From positions 83,576,001 through 83,640,000 of the forward strand of contig NC_082720.1 in NCBI RefSeq assembly GCF_030144855.1: a stretch of 64,000 nucleotides of DNA, written 5' to 3'. This DNA comes from Hypanus sabinus (taxonomy: Eukaryota). Positions 12,886-26,045 of this stretch are shown in pieces. A program made the position numbers and the translations under genes. The notes beneath the pieces were generated by a model, which worked only from the letters and a program-made list of their open reading frames with translations, did not search any database and was not told where the DNA came from. Numbering within the stretch: the stretch's first letter is position 1; the number at the start of each line of letters is the position of its first letter.

Positions 12886-14305
12886 GAGTTGATTGCTAAG
12901 ATTGAGTTCTCAGGGTACTTGGAGGTATATGATAAAATAGGCCAAAATCAGCATGGTTTCTTTCAGGAAAAATGTTGCCTGACCCACCTGTTGGAATTCT
13001 CTGAGGAAATAACAGAAAGGATAGACAAAGGAGAAACAGTGGATATTGTTACCTGGATTTTCAGAGGGCCTTTGACATGGTGCCTCACACGAGGCTGCAT
13101 AACAATTTAAGGGTCCATGGTATTACAGGGAAGCTGCTACCATGGACAGAGAATTGGGTGATTGGTTGGAAGCAAAGAGTGGGAAAAAGGTAGCCCTTTC
13201 TGGTTGATTGCTGGAGACTAGTGGTGTTCTACAGGGGTCGGTGTTGGGACTGTTCCTTTTTATGTTATACGTCAATGATTTAAATGATGGAACTGACAGC
13301 TTTGGGACTAATCTTGCTGATGATATATAAATTAAGATACGTAGAGAGGCAGGTAGTGTTGAGGAAGCAGGGATGTTACAGCAGTATTTAGATTAGGAGA
13401 ATGGGCAAAGAAGGGAACGATGAAATATGGTGCTAGTAAGTGTTTCATCATGGATGTTAGGAGAAGGTATTTTAAAAAAAAGCATACACTATTTACTAAA
13501 TGGGGAGAAAATTCCTTAATCTGACATGCAAAGTGACTTGGGAGTTCTTGTGCATGATTCCTTAAAAGTTAACTTGCAGGTTGAGTCAGTGGTGAGGAAG
13601 GTAAATACACTGTTAGCAGTTATTTCAAGAAGATGGGAATATAGAAGCAAGTATGTACTGCTGAGGCATAATAAGGCCTCAATCGGAGTGCTGTGCACAG
13701 TGTTGAATCCCTTGTCTAAGAAATGATGTGCTGACATTGGGGAGGTTTCAGAGGAGGTTCACAAGAATGATTCAGAGAATGAAAAGCTTATCTTATAAGG
13801 AGCATTAGATGGCTCTGGGCTTGAACTAACTGAAATTTATATGAATGAGGGGAAATCTCATTGAATCCTATCGAATGTTGACAGGCCTCAATAGAGTGGA
13901 TGTAGGGATGTTGTTTTCTATAGTGGGGTAATCCAGTATCAGAGGGCACTGTCTCAGGATCGAGAGATGTCCAGTTAGAACAGAGAGGAGAAGAAATTTC
14001 TTTAGCCAGAGGGTGGTGAATCTGTTGAATTTGTTGCCACAGGCGACTGTGGAGGCCAGGTCATTGGCTGTATTTACATAGGAGGTTGATAGGTTCTTGA
14101 TTAGTCAGAGCATGAAAGGTTAAGGAGAATGAGGATGGGAGGGAAACTGAATCAGACAAGATGAAATGGCAGAGCAGACTTGCTAGGGCAAATGGCCTAA
14201 TTTCTCTTCTGTGTCTTATGGTCACTGATTACTTCATATAATATCTGCTGCATTTCTGCACTTGGCTGATCTGTCAATGCACCAATGCATCTCTTCTGTG
14301 CATTT

Positions 14306-14340
14306 TCATTCACTCCAGAGAAGCAGCATTTTAAGTTTAC
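14306..14340 (-). CDS. Candidate terminal coding exon, (G)KLKMLLLWSE*, of an unidentified gene
   Basis: Acceptor cttgtggttttcag; phase matches candidate exon 18367-18433; no homology recognised. Confidence 0.25.
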
Positions 14341-15229
14341 CTGAAAACCACAAGCATGATCAACATGTCTCAGAATTCACCTCATTTAACCACTGCTACA
14401 ACTCAATACAAGAGCAGACCAAATGATGTTATTATAGAACAATTGGTGAATAAATCATGAGAAGACAGCATTTTATAGAGATGAAATGAAAATGCTCTTA
14501 AAGGGCCACTCTCATTGAAACAAAGTATGAAACAAAGCACAAATGAAGCTATTTTACCACAATGCCAATTTACTTTCTTGAAGAACTTAATTCAATTTTT
14601 CCCCACTTACTACCCTTGTCCGTTACCTATATAAGCTTTTTTCTATTAAAGTATTTATTCATATTTTTGAATAATTGTCATAGTCTGCTGCACCATCCAT
14701 GCATGAAACTTATTCCAGCTCATAAAATTTTATTATATAGCAATTGCTTTTATCACACTGACTCTGGCTCTTTTGCCAATTACCTTACATCTGTGACCTT
14801 TTGTTACAGCCATTTGCCTTTGAAAACTAATTCACCTTTCCTTCTATTGAAAACCCTTCTTAATTTTACTGCCTCGATCAGATACCCCCTTGACTTTCTC
14901 TGCTCTTGATAGAATACCAGCTTCCACGTTGGCATGGTCAATTAACTCTGATAGAACCCTGTGCTAGCAATTGCTACTATCAGCTGACTGACATCCTCAT
15001 TGACAAAATTATTCTAGCGTTCCATGTATCTGGCATCCTTTATCCCTGATCATTTCCATTAAATCCCACTGTAGCTGTTCCAACAGCTAGACATTTTGCC
15101 TAACGTGTGGTGCACAGAACTAATGACATTACCCAGTTTTGGAGCCTTGCCTCTATGCTACACAATGTGCCTCTATTTTCACTACCAACTTAACCACAGC
15201 AATTTTACTGTCTTCTGATCTGAGTCAAT

Positions 15230-15750
15230 TTTAATCAGAGAATTACACAGTAGGGAAACAGGCCCTTTGGCCCAGTTTTTCCAGATAGATGCCTGTCTAA
15301 GCTACTCCCATCTATCAGCATTTAGCTCACATCCCTCCAAAAACCTTTCGGGTCCATGTATCTATCTTAATACCTTTTAAAATTGCGATTATATCCACTA
15401 TTCTAGCTTTCTCTGGCAGCTCATTCCATATACCTAGCACCCCCTGTGTGAAAAAGATTTCCCTCAGGTCCCTTTTAAATACTTCCCCTTGCACTTTAAA
15501 TCTACGTCCTTTAGTTTTAGACTCTCCTACCTAGGAAAAAGACTGTGATTATCCAAGATGTCTATGCCCCTCATGATCTTATGTACCTTGATTAAGGTTG
15601 TATCTTATTATCCAGGGAAAGAAATCCCATCTTCACCTTATAATTCACAATCTGCAGATCCAGTAACATCCTCAAGAATCGTTTCTACACACTTTCCAGC
15701 TTACAGTATCTTTTCTATGCTCTTTCCAGCTTGATGACAATCCTTCCTAT
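15230..15750 (-). mobile_element. Old CR1 3' fragment
   Basis: Reverse-complement 3' UTR (aaacaggccctttggccc) and FFTQGV / KTKG segments. Confidence 0.75.
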
Positions 15751-17049
15751 TTCATATCAATTCCTCTTATAATTTTACGGGCTGCAATTTTGCTAATAAA
15801 TGTTATATGTCTTCTCATGAGTCTAATCTGCAACACCATCCACCGAGTAACTATATACTCTGAAACTTCATGTGATTTATAGGTGGCAATATTCAATCTA
15901 TTCATATCCCATCATATGCCTCTGCCACTCCCTGTTTTACTGAGATCTTATCAGAACCATCATCTTCAGAGAGGTAGAAAGAAATCTATCAGCACATCAA
16001 GCATTCCTTCTGCCTCTACTAAATCATCTCCTGCTGGACCACAAACATATGACTTGAGGTTTGTATCAACTGGAAAGCTTTCCGCCCATCGATATTTACT
16101 TTCTTGCGGTTTAGAGAAGATGGAAACCCTAGTTCTTCCTGAAGGGAATTGCAGTGTTGCCCATTTTCATTGTCCAGAAGGATGAATTCGAGGAGAAAGT
16201 GTCTATCTCAATTTCCCTAGCCCCTCACACTTGTATGCTGTGCAGCTGAACAGAAATAAAAGAGCAGTGGAAGGCCATAATGGTGGGGGAAACTGCTTAG
16301 GATCTCCTCAAAATACTGTTTGTAAGTTTTTATTGCCATGACTATTTCTGAGATATACTACAGTAAACACTAAATACAGAAATTGTGGAGGTTTTACTCT
16401 TATGTGAAAATATGAAGCAAAACTGTGAACCATGCAAACCAAAGTCAAAGCCTCACCTTCCAGAAGATGAAGGAAACATTGTTGGTGAGATGGGGTATAT
16501 AGTTCTCATGACTCCTTATGCTCAGTAATGTATCTTGTTGACCAGGGCTTCAATGTCTGTTTGAAGGAATGTGGGAGGTCTCTCCCTCTCTCCTATATCC
16601 TTTATTTCAACCATTTGAGTTATTTGGATGCCATGCAGAATCTGATTTTAAGGACAATTAATGTTTTCTCTGAATGTTGCAACATAAAGTATTAAAGATG
16701 TCTCTCTCTACACAGTGAATGTTCAGTATTAGTACTCCTTTCTGGGTGTAAATGATCTTAAAGCTGTTCCTGCGTATTATGGCCAATGTAATAGAACTTT
16801 GCAGAGAATATGATGCAATGTGGTCACAAAAATAATTTAGCAGATCAAAAAAACAGGTAAAATCTATTTTCTACGTAAAGGTGATTTGCCCTGAAGGCAA
16901 GAACAATTGACCATTATACAGGTTGCTCAAGCAGTTATACCTGGCCCTGTGAATTTTAAGCCCTGATGCTTAGGATAACCAAGCGATCAAAGGAGGAAAC
17001 AATCAAAATTTTAACTATTAATAAGTATGGCATCAAAAAAAAAGAAATG

Positions 17050-17947
17050 CAGTGGAATTTGGTTAATTGGGCCATCAGTTACAGGTCAGCTGCTTATTTG
17101 GGACAACTCTTCTAGAACAAAACCTAATCGAGAAATTTGCTGGGACTCCCTTTATTTATTTGGGACGCTATGCTGCTTAAACGGGGCAGGAGACTTACTG
17201 AATAGGTACTAACAAGGATCAGCCATGTGTACTTGTGTGTCTGTTAGACGCTACACCCTGCTTCAAGTGGACAGTTCTTAAATACGTTGTGGCATTTACA
17301 TGTGTTTGTGTTCAAAAAGCAGTGTATTTTTGTCACTGATACTTGCTGAGAAATGAACAGCAAGACAAGTCCAAACCTTTCAGCTCACTGTAGTTTCAAG
17401 CATTCAGGCTCATAGCTGCCAGAAATGGCCAGGAATGAAAATGAAATGTTATCACCACTTCAACAAGTTAGGAACTACAAAGAATCTGAAGGTATTGATA
17501 ATCATCTTGAACATTACAATGACACCTTCTGCTCCAGGTGTCTGCACTGATTCTATTCATTGCATACACTGGATGAATCAAAGTTCAAAGTAGATTTATT
17601 ATCAAAGTATGTATACATTATAAAACCTTGACAGTCATCTCCTAACAGCCAGGTAAAGTATTTGTCTTCCTTGTTTCGTTAGCTACCAGCCAGAAGTCAC
17701 TGAGATTCTCCAGCGACATCTTAATCGTTCTGCTGATAACCACTAGAAATTAACATACAGTTTTATAGTACTGTGGTACTATTGATTGTGTTCCACCTTG
17801 TTCGGTATTTAATTTAAATACATAACTTGTTACTCTGTTCTTTTTTATACCTTTTTAACTATTTTCATGAAATTCACTAATCGGAGCAGCCACTTGATTG
17901 GGCCAAAATGCACGTGTCTCGATATGTCCCAGCTTACAATTCCACAG
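17050..17947. mobile_element. Non-autonomous Tc1/mariner-pogo-like element (MITE), with a LINE tail inside at about 17580-17650
   Basis: Degenerate TIRs cagtggaatttggttaattgggcca and (rc) ctgtggaattgtaagctgggaca; internal reiterated ttgggac motifs; TA target sites not preserved. Confidence 0.55.
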
Positions 17948-17964
17948 CAACTTTCACATCATTT

Positions 17965-18305
17965 TTAGGATGACTGTAAGTGTTTCATAGCCACACTTGT
18001 GATGTGGGAAATGTAACAGCCCATTTGTGCACAGCAAGTCCAAATAAAACCGCAATGTGATAATATTCAGTCTTGTAAAAGCAATGACTGAGGAAAAACT
18101 AGATTGGCCAGGATAACTCATCTCTAAGGCTTTGAAATTGTGTCATGTGTTTTTGTTCTGTTGACCAGAGAGAACAGATGGCAACTAAAGACAGCACTTT
18201 TAGCAGTGGCACCAAAGTGCCAACTTGCATTATTCATGCTGAAATCACTGGTTCAGGACTTAACTCACAGCCGACTGATTCAAATGCAAAGTGAGTTGTA
18301 GCTGC
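17965..18305 (-). mobile_element. Ancient Deu-SINE-like element (SacSINE1/AmnSINE1 type)
   Basis: Resembles the Deu-domain reverse complement (tgtgcacagcaag...aatgtgata...ttggccagg...aaagacagcac); similar copies at 33520 and 56365. Confidence 0.55.
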
Positions 18306-18366
18306 CTCTTATACAGTATGGTCACAAAGAAGATTAATAATAATGCAGCTGGTCAGTAAGACTCAC

Positions 18367-18433
18367 CACAAGATGTGAAACACATTACACCATAGACTAG
18401 ACTTCTCATTTTCATCTGAATATTAAACGTTGC
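18367..18433 (-). CDS. Candidate exon ATFNIQMKMRSLVYGVMCFTSC(G)
   Basis: Strong acceptor ctttgctgttttctttctacatcccaaacag and donor GTG|gtgagt; only one frame open. Confidence 0.4.
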
Positions 18434-18717
18434 CTGTTTGGGATGTAGAAAGAAAACAGCAAAGTTGCACAATAACGTGTGGAGGATTTTCAAAATTGAC
18501 TTTGCCCAAAGCAACTTTGCTGGGTCTGAATTTGGTTATAATACTCTGTGGTTCAATGCAACTGTAAAGGGAGATTGAGTAGTTTACAGAGCCATTTCAG
18601 AGGACATTTAAAAGTGAAGCACAATGCTGGGTCTGGAATTGCATGGTAGCCAGACCAAGTAGATTGTGGCTGAATGACATGGGCTTTTTGAAAAATCTTG
18701 TTGTTTTATCACCATTA

Positions 18718-18840
18718 GAAACGTAAGGCAATGCAGATGCGGGAATCTGGAGCAACAATCTTGTGAAGGATGCAAACAATTCCTTTCCTCCCGCAGGTGC
18801 TGCTTGACCTATCGAGTTCTTCCAGCAGATTTGTTTGTGG
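18718..18840. mobile_element. Short inverted PLE-terminal remnant
   Basis: tgcagatgcgggaatctggagcaac followed by inverted gctgcttgacctatcgagttcttccagca. Confidence 0.55.
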
Positions 18841-20004
18841 TTATTGTTGCCATTGAAGTAGTTTGATGTGCTCTATCACCATGCAGGAAATATACCAGCA
18901 TGTCTACATACATGTCTTTCCTTGTGACTCATATACAATAATGATTTGTGGCCTTAATTTTCAAAATTATTCAGAGGGATGCAGAAAGTCAGAAGTAAAT
19001 GAAGGCTATTACTGCGGAAGTATTTTCAGGTTATAACAAATTATTTGAGGCCCTTATACAATAAATCATGAAACAGGTAATGTCAAAAATATTCTAAAGA
19101 CCTCAGGGGAAAGAAAACCTTTGCACACAGTTAGATGGGCAACATTGATTAATATGAATGCACAGATAGGTGCAGCAATCATTGAGAAAAATCTGAAAGT
19201 GTGATGGATATTCACTGTCCAGGGCCAGAGGGACTTTTCTTTTTCCAGCTTTCTAACATAGCATTTGGAACTTCTAGAGATCAAAGGGTTGTTTTTGAGT
19301 AGGATCAACTTCCAACCAACATTCTTAGTTCAGCTTCTTGTCATACATGGAAGCCAGTCTTCAGTTTAAACAATAATCAGGTTAAAGTTAAAAGGACAAT
19401 TTTGCAAACAAATGCACTGTCAATAGAGCACAGAATGATGGTTCACAGCAGCTGGGCAGATTTCTCAAAAGGTACAGTGTAAGACAATGGGAATATTTAA
19501 TTGGATTTGTTTCAAACTGAACAACAGTGGCTAAGTTATTTAGTTGAAGGAAACTTGCAGACCAGATTGATATTATTACTTAGCACATCAAATAGCTGAT
19601 CTGTTAATAGTTGGAAGGTTTGTGTGCTCAGAGAGATGGCTTCATAGCACTAATTGTAGGAATCTAGGAACTCTGTCTCCAGAAGCTTTTAGACCATTTG
19701 TATAAAATGGTATCTGAAAAATATCATATATATGTGAAGTCACGCATGTGGCAGAAAAACAGTATAAATGTAGAGAGCATTCAGGCTTATTAGGAACAGC
19801 AAGAAGAATGACAGAAGCATAGGGTGAACTAGAATCCATTCTTCTGCCATCGATTTCTGTGATGAATGATTCATTTGTTTGCATTGTTGGTATTTTTTTT
19901 AGCTTACAGAAAATGTGTCTGTGTTTTGGAAATCCTTTGTGTTTTAGAAATCATTCGTAATTTGGAAATGTTTTATAAGTTAGAAAACCTGAATTTTAAA
20001 TGAG

Positions 20005-20722
20005 TGTAACGGGGGTTTCTTCATTTTTCTTTGTTACTGTGTATGTAATCAAAATGGCTTCGTTGTTTTGTTAAAAGCAGAAATGCTTCTTTGTTGCGAG
20101 AGAGTGCTGGAAGCTTGTTTGGGTTAAAATTTACTGATAACAAGAATTGTACTCCTTTGTAAACCAATTGGGATTAATGTTGTTCTTTCTTCTGAGTCTG
20201 TAAGCTATTGTTGGCGGGCCTTTGGGGAGATCGGCGCGAAGGGGTGAGAGAGAGAGAGAGGACGCAATGCTGTAAGCTGGGCGATGAACGGACCCCAAGC
20301 GGGGGTCTGAGGCCAGGAGGTACTCTGAGGAAAGCAGATGAAGCTAGATGTGCTTGGTTGACCACTTCAGATGGTCCTAATCTGCAAGTCGAGGAGTTCG
20401 GAGGGGATCGAATGGTGGCCAGAAGACTTCAGAAATTGAGCTCCAACGGTTGTGCACCAAGTGGTTTGGACTTTGATAAGTTTGGCACCTTTTTTCTTTA
20501 TTTTTTTTCTTCATATATACTGTATCGTTATTAATCACTTAGTTATAGAAACCTTTATAAATTGTACTCATTTAATCGCTTATGGTGTACTGACTGTTTT
20601 TGGGCGAGGCGGGGACATCACACAGCATCCACACCAGCTGATTACCCAGTTTGGCGGGGCCAAAGGCTGCTCCCCCTAGACGAAACGAGCTGAGCGAGCC
20701 TGAGGCGACCCAGGGCGTTACA
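20005..20722 (+). mobile_element. Solo LTR (718 bp)
   Basis: Perfect 7-bp terminal inverted repeat tgtaacg/cgttaca; TSD TGAG at 20001-20004 and 20723-20726; related to 39311-40024; strand is a guess. Confidence 0.92.
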
Positions 20723-22769
20723 TGAGTTTTAAGAGTTTTGCCTGGATTTAAATGTTTATCACAAAAAATAAATTAACGGTATTTACACTAATTTGTTAGC
20801 TGTAAGTATCTCCTCCTTGGTGGAAAAGGGTGACCCTCCACTCAAATAGTGGATATTGTCAGCTAAATTTGCCATGTAGAATAAAAAGGAAATTGAACTA
20901 GTCTTTGAAGAGTAATTAGTTATAGTGCAATCTCTCTTTAATGAGGGTACCCATAGCTCTTTATTTTGGATTGAATTTAAAGCTTTTGAGTTTAAAACTG
21001 TGTGGTCAGCAAACCCTACACCATCACAAAGGTACGAGGAAGTGAAACACCATGCTGTACTCCAGCAAGTTGGCTTTGTGTCTTGTAACGTCTTTTTAAT
21101 CTGAAAAATGCGGTTCTCATACATACTCGCAGCTAAATAAACCACAAAGTCAGAAGTTCAAGTGTCAGCTGTAACACTGGTTGTCAAATGCTTTTAACAA
21201 ATATATAGATTGCTTTAATTTTTTTTTGTTCTTCTTTAGATCTGAATAGATATTGCGCCATGAAGCTGAGAAATCTTATGAAGGTAGAAACCTTAGCAAG
21301 ATGAACAAGTCAATGCAGGTTCCTCAACTTAATGTTATATATTCAGTGTCAATATCCTTTAACTAAAATCAGTTACAGAAAATCAATGGTTGATTGCAAA
21401 GGGCACAATAAATGCAATAGGGCATGACCACAATTTAGCTATGATGTTGAAGATCTGTGAGCTTGTGACCTGCTACTTCTGGTCAATCTATTCCTGTGGA
21501 GCCTTGCTACTGATAACATGGGAGAGATTTCCCCACTAACCCCCTCCCAATTATGTGCTAGCAGGAGGTGACCTGAAAGAGTCCTATTTAACAACTTTTA
21601 AATGTCATGGCCAGAAAGATGCTTCTTCACAGACGATAATTGATGAATACTGTTGTTCAGCTGCATCTCAGTTAGTTATGTTGCATGGAACTCTCAGTGT
21701 AACTTTCTGTTCCCATTTCATAGATAAATCATTTTAACTTCAGTCCTTATAGAAAAGCAGAGCAAATATAAAATACAAATTCCCTGAATATTTGCTAAAA
21801 TTTCATACTGCAACTAAAACTCTGTTCAGTTATCGTGAAAGTAACTTTGGTCATGATCTATATGTAGAACCATGTATTGGCTGTTAATATTATTTTTACA
21901 GGATATTGCAGCTTTTTTGAAGCTATTTATCATCTATTACACATTTTCCTGGCTAACATATGCCCTATATCATAACATCTGTGGTTCCTATCCACAAGTT
22001 ATATCATTCAGACTCAACTCATCTCCCTGGGGTTAATAGGTCTAATTGTGCATTCTCACAGAATGCAACAATTTTCACCAACAGCAGACGATGTTTTAAT
22101 TTTGAAAACACACTTGCTTTCATTTTGATTAACAAATCTTCATTTGAATTCAACATAAAGAAAATTGCTTCTGGGCTGTTCCAATTGAAATCCTTCTCAT
22201 CTTAAATCAGAGAAACTGCCTTGTAAGATGCTCAGCTCCGTAACAAATTGCTTCAGCAATGAACCGATCTAATGGCGCAAATAATGTCAGCATTTGCAGC
22301 TGGAAGTTCAAGTGCTGTGCTGTTCATTTGCATTTACAGTGTAAATAATGTCGCACAACTGCTTTAATGTAAATTTGAGCCCTAATAGAGTTGAAAGGTT
22401 AAATATAGATGCTAGGATGCATCAAAGTGTCCTTGAAGCTGTTTAAAAGAGATCTCCTGAGGGAAATTGAAAGACTTATCGCAATATTCAGTTATTAACC
22501 GTGCACTGCACCACCAGGACTAATCCAAGTATCTAAGTAATGCCTTTTCTCAGGGACTGTGGCAATCAACATTTTCACGTTTACCAGATCACTTTTTAGG
22601 GGTCAATGATACACTTGGGTAATGCGGATGACATGGGCTGATCAGCTTTAAATCACTGTCAACTCACTAACATCTGTCTGAACACCCCTTTGAATTAGAT
22701 TTCAATCAATTTGCACACAAATCTGTATCGAAAAATTTTATATTTCTTTCCATTGAATCCACAGCACAG

Positions 22770-23350
22770 AAATAGACCATAGGACATATAACCTCCTCAT
22801 AAGCTTCTCCCTTTCCCACTTTGCTTCCATTTTATTTTGCTGAATACTCTGTATTAGCAGGTTCCACGTTCTGACCATTCTCACAGAGCTCAATATTCTC
22901 CTTAGATTGGCTTTGTAAGGAACCCCTTTATGATTATGGTTCCTTAGTTTTGGACTGATTCATACTGAAATATCTCTCTACATGTATGCAATAAAACCCC
23001 TTCATAACTCTAAGGATTGCAAACTTGTTAGTTCACAGCTAATTTCTTGTTGAGTATAAAAGGACTCAATATTTTCAATATTTCCCAACTATTATAGCCT
23101 CTCAGTTCTGATATAATTGGTATAAATGTTGGCTACACCAAATCTAATGCTCTAAATTCTGAGTAAAATATAATGATGTTCTGAGTGTGTGATCAAACTG
23201 ATCTGTTCAGGCTCAATCAAACTTCTCTATTTATCTGATTTATTCCTTCAAAAATGATTTGCTTACATACTTTTTCATAGTCTTGCAAGTCTACCTTGGA
23301 TGATTTGTGATTTTTCATCCAGAATCCCATTGTTCCCTTATCACATTTGA
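22770..23350 (-). mobile_element. Ancient CR1 3' remnant
   Basis: Decayed reverse-complement 3' segments (ttccacgttctgaccattctc; aaaccccttcataact). Confidence 0.45.
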
Positions 23351-23544
23351 ATCTTTACTTTCCATGGAACAATTGGTTTATGTATTCATGCTCCTACAAT
23401 GAGTAAGAGCCATTTTATCCCAAAGTAATTTACTTTTCAGTTGCATATCTATTGCTCAAGTTTGTTAACATCTTTTTGCAACAATACAGATTAGTTCTTC
23501 ATATATTAAACACATCATGACAAACTGGCAACTTTAGATTATAG

Positions 23545-23713
23545 CTAAAAGAGAAAATGCTAGAAATACTAAGCAGGTCACACAGGATCTGTCAAGAAAG
23601 TAAAAGTTAATATTTCAGGTTAATAAGCCGGAGGTCATGAGACTGAAACTTTAATCCCCCCCCCTCACTCCCCCCTGCTTAGACACAGCTTCATCAGCTG
23701 ATTGTTTCCAGTG
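23545..23713. mobile_element. Inverted PLE-terminal remnant flanking the Tigger element
   Basis: aaatgctagaaatactaagcaggtca...atatttcagg, then ctgaaacttta...cagctgattgtttccag. Confidence 0.5.
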
Positions 23714-25417
23714 CAGGTTGACGACCAAATTTCCAGCACCCTCAGTTCCTTGCAGTTTCACCCGTTTTGTCATCATTACTTCCATCTTCATCACTTGTAG
23801 TGTTTTTGTCAGCATTCAGAACACTGTCTATAGTTTCTGTCCGTAAAGTGATACATAACAGGTGTTTCATCATCAATAATCATCCACTTAGATGTTCTTC
23901 ATTAAGACTACTTGCTATATATTTGAAGAAAGGTCCTGTAGCACCTTTTGCATATACAAACAAATCATGAACAACTACTTTCTCCTTTGGTACATGAAAT
24001 CCTGTAAAATCACCATCAAGTTTTACATCAGGCACATTATTAAACATCAAGGCAGGCCACAACTTATGCCAGCCATTCTTTAGTTTTGAGGGCTCTACCT
24101 TCTCCCACCCTCGAGCAATGAACCAAAGAATGTCCTTCATGTTAAATTCTTTAATAAATATCTGTACAGAATTGCCAACATTCACCTCATCTAACAGAAA
24201 GAGTGCAGTATTCCTTGGTGTTTGGGTTGGATAAGTGATGTACAGTTTAGTGCTAAATATAGAGTAAAAATATTATTCTTACATGGGAGTTCAGCTTTGG
24301 GGTGAGCTGAACAGTTATCTGAAATAAGAAGAATTTTGCAATCTTTGGGTAGTCCTACAGATGTGCAATGTGCTCTTCTTTCTGGCACAATATATTTTTC
24401 AAACCACTCTAACATAATCTCAGTGGTAATCCAGCCATTTTTATTTGTGTGATATGTTACTAGGTAAATTTTAACACCTTTGAGGTCCTAGGAATTTACT
24501 TTTTCCAATCACTAGTGGTTTATATCTGTCAGTACTTGGTGCACTGGAGCACCCTAAAATGGTAACTCTGTCCTTAGATCGCTTGAATCCTGTGGGATCT
24601 TCTTCGTCTTCTGTTGCTAATGTTTTCCTAGGTGTGCATTGCCAGTATAATGGATTACACACCTGCTCAGGACTGCTTAGTAAATTCGCCCATATACTTG
24701 GTAGCTCCTTCACGGTTTGCAGACCGTTTTTCTCCACACACCTTATGGATGGAAATTCCATGGCACTTCTTAAACCTTTGAAGTCATCCTTCACTATAGT
24801 CACACACATGTTCTAAGTTATGTTCTTTACGGATCAAATTAGTTGATTCATTATCATACTGCCCAACAAATCGACTCCAGCACTCGGACACTGGTGAAAC
24901 CTTTCAATCATCACTCGGTCATGCTCAGAGCTCTTCCCAACTCTCATAGTTTGTCAAATGCTCATTTACTTTGGCAAATCACTGTATGCATAGAATTGCT
25001 TTTTTCCTCTTTGGTGCTTTATACCATACACAGTTGATGAACCAATGCCATATGAGACATACAGATTACGCATAGTAACACCTTGGTCCAGATTTTTCAA
25101 CGTTTGAAACCTTCTCTTGGTTCAATATGGACTGATATGGACATTTGACACTACCACTGGTTCTTGCACTTGTCTTAGAAGCCATAGTTAGGGTTAAATT
25201 TGTGTAAAATAAGCAAAAATAATCACAAAATATTGGGACTACCACCAGCACGTGCAATGTAAATAATAAAAATAGCGTTCTTTCATCAAAATGAGTCTTG
25301 ACTCATATGGCACTTTGTGTGCTACACATGGCTACTCGGTTAACTATGTCTCATAGTTTCATCCAAATTAAACAAGGTGCCGAACCATTAGTTTCCGGAA
25401 AATTGGTGGTCAACCTG
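23714..25417 (-). mobile_element. Tigger/pogo (Jerky/CENP-B-like) DNA transposon, transposase pseudogene
   Basis: TIRs caggttgacgaccaaatttcc and (rc) caggttgaccaccaattttcc, with TA at 25418-25419; minus ORF pieces KDRVTILGC..KPLVIGKS, LLISDNCSAHP..NCTSLIQP..QGI and WEKV...NGWHKLWP (DDE_1-type). Confidence 0.92.
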
Positions 25418-26045
25418 TACTTGCCTTATTTCCAATCTTCAACACTTTGCTTTGCAATAATAACAAATATTTGAAAATCCTGCTTATACCTTTATGTAGT
25501 AGTGCTTGAGCAACATTTTATAACTTTTAATGGGATGAAAGCTCAAGTACTATTGGAAGATGCATACTCAAGTACATTAGTGTTGTACAATTGAAAACAT
25601 GATTTTTCAAGCAAAACTAGTCTTACTTGTGCACAAGTTTTGCCAAATAATTTTAATGTAGCCCATGACAATTTAATTTAAACACCAATTAATTCTGGTG
25701 GAGCTCAATAGCAGAATAAGGATTACTGAAATTTCTGATCCAGAAAAAGAATTCATGTTATGAAATTATAACTAACTTATCTGCTTCTAGTTCTATGTCT
25801 GGCAGACCATTATGAAGTACATAAGTGTTACTTGGAGATGGATGAAGTGGGGGAGAAATGATACAGTCAGGTCAAAGATTAATGACTTTTGCCTAGTTGA
25901 GATCCCAGTCTTGACAGTTAATTTTTAGCCCAATTGAATTTTTTTTTAGTTACATGCTGTAATTAAAAAGCAGTATTTTTCTGTAGTCATATGGTATCAA
26001 ATCAATATATTCTGTTTTGATTTAAACAAATATATAAAAATATTC

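Larger units (their letters stand above)
9715..14223 (+). mobile_element. Near full-length decayed CR1 LINE (ORF1 SGNH-esterase region + ORF2), interrupted by a solo LTR
   Basis: ORF1 motifs VMIQDSIRG, VLLHIGTND and D.LHL; EN motifs; RT GQNQHGF..KCCLTHLLEF; 3' ggcaaatggcc hairpin and cttatggtc tail. Confidence 0.93.

Noticed and set aside
20783-21145. 120-aa minus ORF in repeat-poor DNA
   Set aside because: Non-ATG start, no recognisable domain and no convincing splice borders
21240-21283. Plus-strand exon candidate (ttcttctttag|ATCTG…GAAG|gtagaa)
   Set aside because: Good acceptor but weak donor, isolated, and cannot be supported
23760-25190. Domesticated TIGD/JRKL host gene
   Set aside because: Multiple frameshifts and flanking TIRs indicate a decayed transposon
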